The notes under the pieces are model-generated. The model had not been told where the DNA came from and did no database searches. It saw nothing but the letters and a program-made list of their open reading frames with translations. Of a stretch of 64,000 nucleotides of DNA, positions 29,096 through 37,841 are shown one piece after another (position 1 is the first letter of the stretch; every line of letters starts with the position of its first letter). Where the stretch lies: contig OY759361.1 of NCBI GenBank assembly GCA_963662355.1, positions 615,834 to 679,833 on the forward strand. Reading direction: 5' to 3'. The stretch is from Gammaproteobacteria bacterium (GTDB lineage: Bacteria; Pseudomonadota; Gammaproteobacteria; UBA4575). The position numbers were made by a program, and so were the translations under genes.

Positions 29096-30148
29096 ATGAG
29101 CGACAACAGCTACTACTCGCAGGAAGTGCACGGGCCTTACGAGCTGCACGATGTTGGCGACCTGGTTTTGGAAGAAGGCGGAACCCTGCGCGCCTGCCAG
29201 CTTGCCTACGCAACTTTCGGCAATCTCAATGCCGCCAAGGACAATGCCATCCTGATTCCCACTTGGTACTCCGGTACCAACAAGATCATGGAGCAGGTCT
29301 ATACCGGCCAGGGGCGCGCACTTGATCCGGACAAGTATTTCATCATTATCATCAACCAGATTGGCAGCGGCCTTTCTTCGTCGCCGCACAACACCCCCGC
29401 CCCCGGCGGGATGGGGAATTTCCCACCGGTGCGCATTGGCGACGATGTGCGGGCCCAGCACAAGCTGCTCACGGAAAAGTTCGGTATCGAGAGTCTGGCC
29501 CTGGTAATCGGTGGCTCGATGGGTGCGCAGCAGACCTACGAATGGGCCGTGCGCTATCCCGACATGGTCAAACGCATTGCCGCGATCGCCGGCACAGCGA
29601 AAAACTCCGACCATGATTTCCTGTTCACCGACACGCTGGCCGATGCCATCACGTCCGATCCCGGCTTCAACGGCGGCTTCTATCGATGCCCCTCCGATGT
29701 GCGGGAAGGCCTGTTGCGCCACGCCAAGCTGTTTGCGGTGATGGGCTGGAGCACGGAATTCTACCAGCAGGGTCGCCCGAGAGCGCTGGGATTTTCGTCG
29801 ATCGATGATTTCATCATGAATTTTATGAATGGCTATTTCAGCGTCATGGATCCAAATAACCTGCTCTGCATGGCGCGGAAGTGGCAGCACGGCGACGTCA
29901 GCCGCATGACAGGGGGCAATCTCAAGGAAGCGCTAGGACGCATCACCGCCCAGGCGTTTGTCATGCCGATCAACGAGGACATGTTCTTCCCGCCGCAAGA
30001 TTGCGAAGCGGAGCAGAAAATGATTCCCAACAGTCAGTTCCGTGTCCTGCACAGTATCGACGGACACCTGGCACTGTTTGGCGCCGATCCAGAATTTCTA
30101 GACCAACTCGACAAGAATCTGGGAGAACTGCTGGCGATTGAAGTCTAG
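29096..30148 (+). CDS. Alpha/beta-fold hydrolase, MetX (homoserine O-acetyltransferase)-like family; candidate esterase
   Basis: Start set at MSDNSYY (ATG 29096, after AGAGGGGG). Nucleophile elbow GGSMGA and the overall MetX-like layout. Confidence 0.8.
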   Translation: MSDNSYYSQEVHGPYELHDVGDLVLEEGGTLRACQLAYATFGNLNAAKDNAILIPTWYSGTNKIMEQVYTGQGRALDPDKYFIIIINQIGSGLSSSPHNTPAPGGMGNFPPVRIGDDVRAQHKLLTEKFGIESLALVIGGSMGAQQTYEWAVRYPDMVKRIAAIAGTAKNSDHDFLFTDTLADAITSDPGFNGGFYRCPSDVREGLLRHAKLFAVMGWSTEFYQQGRPRALGFSSIDDFIMNFMNGYFSVMDPNNLLCMARKWQHGDVSRMTGGNLKEALGRITAQAFVMPINEDMFFPPQDCEAEQKMIPNSQFRVLHSIDGHLALFGADPEFLDQLDKNLGELLAIEV

Positions 30149-30187
30149 AACAAACACACTCACTTTTAACGAATAGGAGGAAACCCT

Positions 30188-31801
30188 ATGACTAGTTCCA
30201 AAACAACTGACTTTGACGCAGTTATTGCTGGCGCCGGTTTCTCCGGAATGTATATGCTGCATAGCCTGCGTGACAAGCTCGGCCTCTCGGTGCGGGTTTT
30301 AGAGAAAGGCGGCGGCGTCGGTGGCACGTGGTACTGGAATCGCTATCCGGGCGCGCGCTGCGATTCCGACAGCTACATTTACTGCTACATGTTCGACAAG
30401 GACCTGCTGCAGGAATGGGAGTGGTCCGAGCGCTATCCCCGCCAGCCCGAGGTTCTGAAGTACCTAGAACACGTGGCCGATCGTTTCGACCTGCGCAAGG
30501 ATATCCAGTTCGATACGACCGTCAGCGCGGCGAGCTTCGACGAGGAGGCCAACTGCTGGACGATCCGTACTGGCGATGGCAACACCGTCACCGCGAAATA
30601 CTTCATCAGTGCAATCGGGGCCATATCCGAACCGTTCATGCCGGACATCAAGGGCCTGGAGACATTCGAGGGCACGCAGTACCACACCTCGCATTGGCCG
30701 CACGGCGGTGTTGATTTCACTCACAAGCGGGCTGCCGTCATCGGTACCGGCGCGACTGCAGTGCAGGTCATTCCGGAAATCTCCGAGCAGGCGAAGCACG
30801 TTACCGTGTTTCAGCGTACGCCCAACTTCTGCTGGCCCGCGCGCCATGGCAAGGTGGACCCCGAGGTAGTAGAGTCCCGCAAGGCCGACTATGACGGGAT
30901 TCGCGAACGTCTTCAAAACTCGTTCTTCGGCTTTGAACTGGCCTTTATAGAAAAGGGGGTGCTCGATGCCACGGAGGAGGAGCGCAAGCAAGTGTGGGAT
31001 GAAATGTGGTATCGGGGCGGCTTCCCTTTCTGGATTGCCAACTACATCGACGTGTTCTTCAACAAGGAGGCCAACGACGAATGCGTCAAGTACATGGCCG
31101 AAAGGATCCGCGAAAAAGTGAAGGACCCGGAGACCGCAGAAAAGCTGATTCCGAAGAACCATCACTACGGTACCAAGCGTCAGCCGCTGGAAAGCAACTA
31201 TTACGATTCATTCAACAAGCCGAATGTCGTGCTGGTGGACGTAAATGAAACACCGATCGAGGAGATCACCCCGCAGGGGGTCCGCACCAGCGATCAGGAG
31301 TATGAATTCGATATCATCGTGTTCGCCACCGGCTTCGACGGCATGACCGGCCCGCTGAAAAAGATCAACCTCAGCGGCCGCGATGGCCAGCAGCTGTCAG
31401 AGAAATGGAGCGACGGGCCGCACACCTACCTGGGCCTGGCCATGGCGGGATTCCCCAACATGTTCACTATCACCGGTCCAGGCAGCCCCTCGGTACTAAG
31501 CAACGTGCCGGTGTCGATCGAGCAGCATGTCGAGTGGATCACGAGTTGTATCGACTACATGGAAAAGAACAATGTTGCGACGATCGAGGCGACGGCCGAG
31601 GCCGAGGACCAATGGACCGCGCATGTTGCCGAAGTGGTCAAAGATTCGCTGATGATCACAGCCAACTCCTGGTACATGGGTGCCAACATTCCCGGCAAGC
31701 CGCTGGTGTTCATGCCTTACCTTGGCGGGGTCGGGGCTTACCGGCAAAAGTGCGACGAGGTCGCATCGAAGGGGTACGAGGGGTTTGCCTTAGCCAGTTA
31801 G
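30188..31801 (+). CDS. Type I Baeyer-Villiger monooxygenase (FAD/NADPH-dependent)
   Basis: GAGFSG Rossmann motif, GGTWYWNRYPGARCD, BVMO fingerprint FEGTQYHTSHWP (FxGxxxHxxxW[P/D]), and a second Rossmann motif GTGATA. Confidence 0.9.
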   Translation: MTSSKTTDFDAVIAGAGFSGMYMLHSLRDKLGLSVRVLEKGGGVGGTWYWNRYPGARCDSDSYIYCYMFDKDLLQEWEWSERYPRQPEVLKYLEHVADRFDLRKDIQFDTTVSAASFDEEANCWTIRTGDGNTVTAKYFISAIGAISEPFMPDIKGLETFEGTQYHTSHWPHGGVDFTHKRAAVIGTGATAVQVIPEISEQAKHVTVFQRTPNFCWPARHGKVDPEVVESRKADYDGIRERLQNSFFGFELAFIEKGVLDATEEERKQVWDEMWYRGGFPFWIANYIDVFFNKEANDECVKYMAERIREKVKDPETAEKLIPKNHHYGTKRQPLESNYYDSFNKPNVVLVDVNETPIEEITPQGVRTSDQEYEFDIIVFATGFDGMTGPLKKINLSGRDGQQLSEKWSDGPHTYLGLAMAGFPNMFTITGPGSPSVLSNVPVSIEQHVEWITSCIDYMEKNNVATIEATAEAEDQWTAHVAEVVKDSLMITANSWYMGANIPGKPLVFMPYLGGVGAYRQKCDEVASKGYEGFALAS

Positions 31802-31833
31802 CCGCGCATTGGCCGCACCCTCGGGTGTGTCAG

Positions 31834-31870
31834 GGCCGGGGCCGCAGCGATGACCACTGCGGCCCCGGCC
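31834..31870. terminator. Strong GC hairpin between convergent genes (14-bp perfect stem, 9-nt loop)
   Basis: GGCCGGGGCCGCAG-cgatgacca-CTGCGGCCCCGGCC, 33 nt after the BVMO stop. It lacks a clear U-tract. Confidence 0.5.
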
Positions 31871-31952
31871 GGTCACGGGTGACAATGGTCTGGAATCATC
31901 AATTTTTAATATTGATGCGTGTCTCGTGCGGGCGCCTTCAGGCCGACAGCGC

Positions 31953-32519
31953 TCATTCGGCACCTGTCACCCAGGTCTCATCCAGGCCAGGTAACCCGTC
32001 GATGCTTGTCTTGTTTTTGCCCCTTCGGTATGCAGCGATTTCCTGTGGGCTCCTGACTTCCACCCACCGTTTGATGTCATTGCGATGAGACTTGAACTTC
32101 ATAAGCGGCACACCAAATCCACATGAATCACTGATACGTTCTACCCGCACTCGTATGATCGATCTTGATCCCTTGTAGGATGGGAACTTTGTCAGCAGGG
32201 AGTCGTGTTCCCTGTCGCCCGGGAAGAGCGTTTCACCTTTGCCGTGCAGTCGCACGATCTTGGGCGCTCCCTCAAATGCACAAAGCATGATGAGTATCCG
32301 TTTGTTTTCCCTGAGGTGGGCAACCGTTTCGATTCCACTGCCTGTAAAATCCAGATAGGCGACGGTATGCGGGTCGATTATGCGGAACGTGTCACCGCCT
32401 TTCGGAGAGCAGTTGATATGCCCGTCCTGTGACAGCGGTGCCGTGGAAACAAAGAATACCTTCTGCCGCTGGATCCATTTAGCCAGACTCGAATCAATTT
32501 GATCGTATAGCTTGCTCAT
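31953..32519 (-). CDS. Pyridoxamine 5'-phosphate oxidase-family (split-barrel flavin-binding) protein
   Basis: 188 aa. FFVSTAPLSQDGHINCSPKGG...LDFTGSGIETVAHL is typical of the PNPOx-like fold. Confidence 0.75.
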   Translation of the reverse strand: MSKLYDQIDSSLAKWIQRQKVFFVSTAPLSQDGHINCSPKGGDTFRIIDPHTVAYLDFTGSGIETVAHLRENKRILIMLCAFEGAPKIVRLHGKGETLFPGDREHDSLLTKFPSYKGSRSIIRVRVERISDSCGFGVPLMKFKSHRNDIKRWVEVRSPQEIAAYRRGKNKTSIDGLPGLDETWVTGAE

Positions 32520-32661
32520 AGTACAGATTCCGCCTGAATGACCTGATTAGCTTGTTATTGAATGCCGCCCTGGACTGTCAGCGGTCATTCGTGCACTACA
32601 TAATGTGGAAATCAGGGCAAACATTTTACACACAGCCGGTCGACCTGGAAAGCACGACAGT

Positions 32662-32701
32662 GGAAAAAGCAAAGGTGAGCGGGCTGTGCGCAGCCCTCAC
32701 C
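32662..32701 (-). terminator. Hairpin plus T-tract readable as an intrinsic terminator on the minus strand
   Basis: GGTGAG(cg)GGCTG-tgcg-CAGCCCTCACC gives an 11-bp stem with a 2-nt bulge. On the minus strand it is followed directly by TTTGCTTTTTCC. Confidence 0.3.
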
Positions 32702-32875
32702 GAAAGTGACTGTTTATTTTCAAGGCTAAAACCCGAAGTCAAGGCCAGGGGTGTGCAAATCCGGCATGTGTGTTCACCCATTTCCCGCCAGATCCTGCAT
32801 ACACGGTTGACAATTGACTGTACAGCTTTACCATTAAAACTGTTACATTAGAACAACATAACCTGAGCGCGAACT

Positions 32876-34276
32876 ATGTCCAAGCAAATTCATATGAACG
32901 CATTCACAATGTGTTCCGTTTGTTTTCATTCGAAGGGACAATGGAAGCATCCCCTCGACCAATCCTCACTGGGATACAAGGATGTGAACTACTGGGTGGA
33001 CCTGGCCCGGACCCTGGAACGCGGGTGCTTCGATACTTTATTTCTGGCCGACGTGCACGGAACATACAATGTCTACAAGGGGTCACGTGAAACCGCAGTG
33101 CGGCACTCCACGCAAATCCCCAGCAATGACCCCACCCTGGTCATCTCGGCGATGGCGTACGCCACGAAGCATGTAGGCTTCGCCTGTACGTTTTCAACGA
33201 GTTATTTCCCCCCCTACCAGACGGCCAAACTGTTCTCCACGCTGGACCATCTTACCAAGGGGCGCATTGCGTGGAACATTGTGACGTCCTACCTGCCCGA
33301 CGCCAACGAGAACTTCGGCATCGGCGGACAGATGGAGCATGACGAACGCTATGACCGGGCAGATGAATACATGGACGTGGTGTACAAGCTGTGGGAGCAC
33401 TCATGGGAAGAAGATGCTGTGATACGTGATACCGAGAACGATATTCACACAGACCCCGCCAAGGTGCATGAAATCAATCACAAGGGCAAGTACTTCAACA
33501 TTCCGGGCCCGCACATGTGCGAACCGTCCCCGCAACGTACGCCTGTCCTGTTTCAGGCGGGCGGTTCAGGCCGGGGGATCGAGTTTGCGGCAAGCCACGC
33601 CGAGGCAATATTTGCAATCCATCCAACCATGGAGGTCTCAAAAAAGATCATCCGGTCCACCCGCGAAGTCATTGCCAAGCAAGGCCGCAATCCGGACGAG
33701 GTAAAGATATTTCCCGGCATATCGGTAATCACCGCACCGACTGACGAAGAGGCAAGGCTGAAATTCGAAACCTGTAAAAAATACAGAAGCCCCGAAGGTG
33801 CCCTGGCGCTGTACTGCGGCTGGGTCGGGGTGGACCTGTCCAAGATCGATGTCAATGAAAAGCTGGCGAATGCAGAAACCAATGCGATCCAGGGGCTGCT
33901 GAGTTATTTCGCAGAAGTTGCACCGGACCGCGAGTGGACACTGCAGGAAGCGGCGGAATTTATCTCGATCGGCAGCGTCATGCCAAAGATCATTGGCAGT
34001 CCGGCGACGGTCGCAGATGAACTTGAGAAGTGGATGGAAGTGACAGACTGTGACGGGTTCAATCTGGTCGTGGCCAACCACCCTGCCGGGTACATCGATT
34101 TCGTAAACCTGGTCGTGCCCGAGTTGCAGCGGCGCGGGCGCATGCGTACCCACTACGAGACGAGCACCTTGCGCGAACACTACTTTGGTGCAGGGCAGCG
34201 GCGGCTATCGAAAGATCATCAGGCATTCCGGTCCTTGCCCGGGTGGAAACTACGCAGCAACCGCCAAGTAGCGTAG
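32876..34276 (+). CDS. LLM-class flavin-dependent monooxygenase, NtaA/SnaA/DszA(DmoA) family
   Basis: 466 aa. N-terminus HMNAFTMCSVCFHSKGQWKHP and the blocks LFLADVHG and LDHLTKGRIAWNIVTSY are characteristic of this family. Confidence 0.9.
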   Translation: MSKQIHMNAFTMCSVCFHSKGQWKHPLDQSSLGYKDVNYWVDLARTLERGCFDTLFLADVHGTYNVYKGSRETAVRHSTQIPSNDPTLVISAMAYATKHVGFACTFSTSYFPPYQTAKLFSTLDHLTKGRIAWNIVTSYLPDANENFGIGGQMEHDERYDRADEYMDVVYKLWEHSWEEDAVIRDTENDIHTDPAKVHEINHKGKYFNIPGPHMCEPSPQRTPVLFQAGGSGRGIEFAASHAEAIFAIHPTMEVSKKIIRSTREVIAKQGRNPDEVKIFPGISVITAPTDEEARLKFETCKKYRSPEGALALYCGWVGVDLSKIDVNEKLANAETNAIQGLLSYFAEVAPDREWTLQEAAEFISIGSVMPKIIGSPATVADELEKWMEVTDCDGFNLVVANHPAGYIDFVNLVVPELQRRGRMRTHYETSTLREHYFGAGQRRLSKDHQAFRSLPGWKLRSNRQVA

Positions 34277-34442
34277 CGGGGTTTTGGCACTGACATGCCC
34301 AGGCCCGATGTCGGCCGCATGTCATGGCGCTCAGCCAACAGGTACCCACGACCGGCCGTCTTTCGAACCGGACCTTGAGCTTCCCTCAGACCTGCAGGGG
34401 TCTGCTGCGTGTCACGCTGGATATTGCGAAGCTGCCGGTTTC

Positions 34443-34838
34443 CTACCGGTAGGCGCCGTGCCTTTGCAAAACCTCTATTTCGTACCCGTCAGGGTCATTG
34501 ATAAAGAAAAATTTTGCGAGCAGTTCGCCGCCGGGGCTGAAGGAAACAATATCCTGAGGCTCATAGCCAAGGGATTTGATTCGCTCATGTTCCGCTTCCA
34601 GGTCCTCGACGCACACCGCAACATGCCCATAGCCGTTGCCATGTGTATAGGCATCCGTGCGACCCTTGTTCAGGGTCAACTCAATCTCCACATCATTCTC
34701 ATCGTTACCCAGGTACACCAGGGCGAAATCATCAAAATCCAGATAACGCTTTTCTTTTATGTCAAACACCTCTTCATAGAAGGTCTTGGAGCGCTCCACA
34801 TCCAGCACACGAATCATTGAATGAATTATTTTTGCCAT
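34443..34838 (-). CDS. VOC-family protein, lactoylglutathione-lyase (GloA)-like
   Basis: Only the last 131 codons of ORF 34443..35279 are used (start MAKIIHSMIRV, ATG 34836-34838). GYGHVAVCVEDL and DPDGYEIEVL are typical of glyoxalase I. Confidence 0.8.
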   Translation of the reverse strand: MAKIIHSMIRVLDVERSKTFYEEVFDIKEKRYLDFDDFALVYLGNDENDVEIELTLNKGRTDAYTHGNGYGHVAVCVEDLEAEHERIKSLGYEPQDIVSFSPGGELLAKFFFINDPDGYEIEVLQRHGAYR

Positions 34839-35045
34839 TTTTACCCTCTCATCAGCCTGTTTGCCCGGCTGTAGTATGAAACAATTGGGTATGGACATTG
34901 TAAATATTTGGTTGAACAGTGTCCATAGCGCCGGGGTTTCCAATGGTGAACGGGGCTGACTCCCGTTCACGAGGCATTGTGTCCCCAAGTAATTTCCTGA
35001 TATACAGAAGATGCCTGCATACAGCACCCGATACAGTAGAATGAC

Positions 35046-35882
35046 GTGAACAACGTAACCGACCGCTACGCCGTGATCGGCAACCCGATTGCACACAGCC
35101 TGTCGCCTGAAATACACCTCCTGTTCGCGGAGCAGACGAACGAGCGCATCACGTACGAAAAGCTCTTCGCCCCCCCGGGAGACTTTGCCCGAATCACTGT
35201 ACGGTTTTTCGCTAACGAGGGCAGGGGACTGAACGTGACCGTGCCGTTCAAGCGTGAGGCGTGCGGATTCGTTGACCAAACCACGCAGTTCGCCGAAAAC
35301 TCCGGTGCCGTGAATACCATCCTCCTCCAGGAAGACGGCACGTACCTCGGGGCGAATACGGATGGCATCGGCCTGCTGCGCGATCTGAAAAAGTCATTGC
35401 ACCTGCAGGTCCAGGACCGTAGCGTCCTGATCCTCGGTGCCGGCGGGGCCACCCGGGGCATCGTCGAGCCCCTGCTCAGGGAACAACCTGCGGAACTGCT
35501 GATCGCCAACCGCACCCCCGACCGGGCCGAGACGATCGCCGCAATGTTCCGGCACGTGGGGCGGGTACGAAGCTGCGCTCTGGACGAGATCCCGGTCAGG
35601 CCCTACGACCTGATCCTGCACGCCACCTCGGCACCCCTGCAGAACAGCCGCCTGACCCTGCCGGGCGGGATCGTCAGCCCAAACACCTGCTGCTACGACC
35701 TCATGTACGGCAAGGACGTCACTTCGTTCATGCGCTGGGCCCTCGCACAAAACGCCGGACGGGTGGTCGACGGGTTCGGGATGCTGCTCGAACAGGCGGC
35801 CGAGTCGTTTTTCCTGTGGCGGGGCAAGCGCCCGGATACCGACATGGCCAGAAAATGCCTGCGACCGGATCCGGCGGCCTGA
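35046..35882 (+). CDS. aroE: Shikimate dehydrogenase
   Basis: YAVIGNPIAHSLSPEIH, NVTVPFK and GAGGATRG. GTG start. Confidence 0.9.
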   Translation: MNNVTDRYAVIGNPIAHSLSPEIHLLFAEQTNERITYEKLFAPPGDFARITVRFFANEGRGLNVTVPFKREACGFVDQTTQFAENSGAVNTILLQEDGTYLGANTDGIGLLRDLKKSLHLQVQDRSVLILGAGGATRGIVEPLLREQPAELLIANRTPDRAETIAAMFRHVGRVRSCALDEIPVRPYDLILHATSAPLQNSRLTLPGGIVSPNTCCYDLMYGKDVTSFMRWALAQNAGRVVDGFGMLLEQAAESFFLWRGKRPDTDMARKCLRPDPAA

Positions 35883-35886
35883 CACA

Positions 35887-36762
35887 ATGCTTCACCCGGC
35901 TTTCCCGAAGCGCTCCGGCAGGCTTGTCCTGTACGCCCGGCTGATCCGCCTGGACAAGCCGGTCGGGATTTTCCTGCTGCTGTGGCCCGCCCTGTGGGCC
36001 CTGTACCTGGCATCAAGCGGCAGACCCGACCCGGTGATTCTGGGGGTCTTCGTGCTGGGGGTTGTCCTGATGCGCTCGGCCGGTTGCGCCATCAACGATC
36101 TCGCCGACCGGGACATCGACCCGCACGTCGCGCGTACCCGGGACCGGCCGGTGGCCAGCGGGGCACTATCCCCTTTTGAGGCCATGATACTGGCGGGCGT
36201 GCTGGCGGGTGCGGCTTTCCTGCTTGCGGTGCTGCTGCTCAACCGCCTGACGGTCCTGCTCGCCGTGGGCGGTGCCGTGCTGGCGGCTACCTACCCGTTC
36301 ATGAAACGCCTGCACGCCCTGCCGCAGGCGCACCTGGGCGTGGCATTCGCCTGGTCCGTTCCGATGGCGTTCACCGCCACCACCGGCAACCTGCCGCCTG
36401 GCGCCGCATGGCTGCTGTTCGCCTGCGCGGCCCTGTGGACCGTGGCGTACGATACCATGTATGCCATGTCTGACCGCGAAGACGACCTGAGGGTCGGTGT
36501 CAAGTCGACCGCTATCCTGTTCGGTTCTGCCGACCGGCTCATGGTGGGCCTGTTGCAGGTGCTGGTGATCGCATGCCTGACAGGCACGGGCCTGCTGGCA
36601 GGCTTCGGCGGGGCCTACTATGCGGCCCTGGGTCTCGGGGCCGGCCTGTTTGTCTACCAGCAAACACTCATTCGGGAGCGCGAGCCTGCTCGCTGCCTGC
36701 GTGCATTTCTCAACAACCAGTATTTCGGCCTGGTGATTTTCATCGGGATTCTTGCGTCGTGA
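35887..36762 (+). CDS. ubiA: 4-hydroxybenzoate polyprenyltransferase
   Basis: LIRLDKPVGIFLLLWPALWAL and NDLADRDIDPHVARTRDRP (UbiA Asp-rich motif). Confidence 0.9.
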   Translation: MLHPAFPKRSGRLVLYARLIRLDKPVGIFLLLWPALWALYLASSGRPDPVILGVFVLGVVLMRSAGCAINDLADRDIDPHVARTRDRPVASGALSPFEAMILAGVLAGAAFLLAVLLLNRLTVLLAVGGAVLAATYPFMKRLHALPQAHLGVAFAWSVPMAFTATTGNLPPGAAWLLFACAALWTVAYDTMYAMSDREDDLRVGVKSTAILFGSADRLMVGLLQVLVIACLTGTGLLAGFGGAYYAALGLGAGLFVYQQTLIREREPARCLRAFLNNQYFGLVIFIGILAS

Positions 36763-36852
36763 AACGCCCGGTGAAGTTGACAGCCCAATGCAACCCGCTA
36801 CACTTGCACGGCAAGGGCGGGGTTTCCGCCCGCCACCTTTGAACTGGACACC

Positions 36853-37830
36853 ATGCCCATAGACACCCTTCGAAACGACTGGCAGCTGCACGAGGTGCTG
36901 GACCTCTATGCACTGCCGTTCAACGACCTGCTGTACCGGGCACACCAGGCACTGCGCGCCTGGCACGACCCCAACCGGGTGCAGGTCAGCACCCTGCTTT
37001 CCATCAAGACCGGGGCGTGTCCCGAGGACTGTGCCTACTGCCCGCAAAGCGGTCATTACGACACGGACATCGAACCGGAGCGCCTGCTCCCGGTCGAGGA
37101 AGTCAAACAGAATGCCGCAGCCGCCCGGGCGGGCGGTGCATCCAGGTTCTGCATGGGCGCGGCCTGGCGCAACCCGACGGACCGGCACCTGGACCATGCC
37201 GTGGAGATGATCCAAGCGGTCAAGGATACGGGGCTCGAGACCTGCATGACGCTCGGGATGCTCACCGGAGCCCAGGCCCGGCGGCTCAAGGCAGCCGGAC
37301 TGGATTACTATAACCACAACCTGGACACCTCGCCCGAGTTCTACGGCCACATCATCACCACCCGGACCTACCAGGACCGGCTGGACACCCTGGAACACGT
37401 GCGCGAGGCAGGCCTCAGCGTCTGCTGCGGAGGCATTATCGGCATGGGGGAATCCCGTGAGGACCGGGCCGGCCTGCTGGCGCAACTGGCCTGCCTGCCC
37501 AGGCATCCGGAATCCGTGCCGATCAACATGCTGGTGCGCATCAAGGGCACCCCCCTGTACGAGGCGCAGGCACTGGACCCGTTTGAATTCATCCGCACCA
37601 TTGCCGTGGCCCGGATCATGATGCCGAAATCGGTCGTGCGCCTGTCTGCCGGGCGTGAAGGCATGAGCGAACAGACCCAGGCGCTGTGCTTTTTCGCAGG
37701 CGCCAATTCGGTCTTTTACGGCGACACCCTGCTGACGGCAAAAAACCCGGCGCCGAACCAGGACCGTTCACTGTTCACCCGACTCGGCATCGAAGCTGAC
37801 CGGCTCGCCGCCCCCGAAACGAGCGCCTGA
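36853..37830 (+). CDS. bioB: Biotin synthase
   Basis: Radical-SAM motif [11 protein letters not shown] plus typical BioB blocks ([21 protein letters not shown]). Confidence 0.95.
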   Translation: MPIDTLRNDWQLHEVLDLYALPFNDLLYRAHQALRAWHDPNRVQVSTLLSIKTGACPEDCAYCPQSGHYDTDIEPERLLPVEEVKQNAAAARAGGASRFCMGAAWRNPTDRHLDHAVEMIQAVKDTGLETCMTLGMLTGAQARRLKAAGLDYYNHNLDTSPEFYGHIITTRTYQDRLDTLEHVREAGLSVCCGGIIGMGESREDRAGLLAQLACLPRHPESVPINMLVRIKGTPLYEAQALDPFEFIRTIAVARIMMPKSVVRLSAGREGMSEQTQALCFFAGANSVFYGDTLLTAKNPAPNQDRSLFTRLGIEADRLAAPETSA

Positions 37831-37841
37831 TCCGGGCCAGC

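Noticed and set aside
32552-32851. 99-aa plus-strand ORF in the PNPOx/LLM divergent spacer
   Set aside because: It has no motifs or ribosome-binding site. It runs straight through a stable hairpin and through the likely LLM promoter.
34946-34970. Perfect 9-bp hairpin GTGAACGGG-N7-CCCGTTCAC between the VOC gene and aroE
   Set aside because: It lies between divergent gene starts, has no T-tract and occurs only once. It is noted, but no function can be argued.
36166-37506. 446-aa minus-strand ORF
   Set aside because: It is antisense to ubiA and bioB, crosses their intergenic gap, and is compositionally a shadow ORF.
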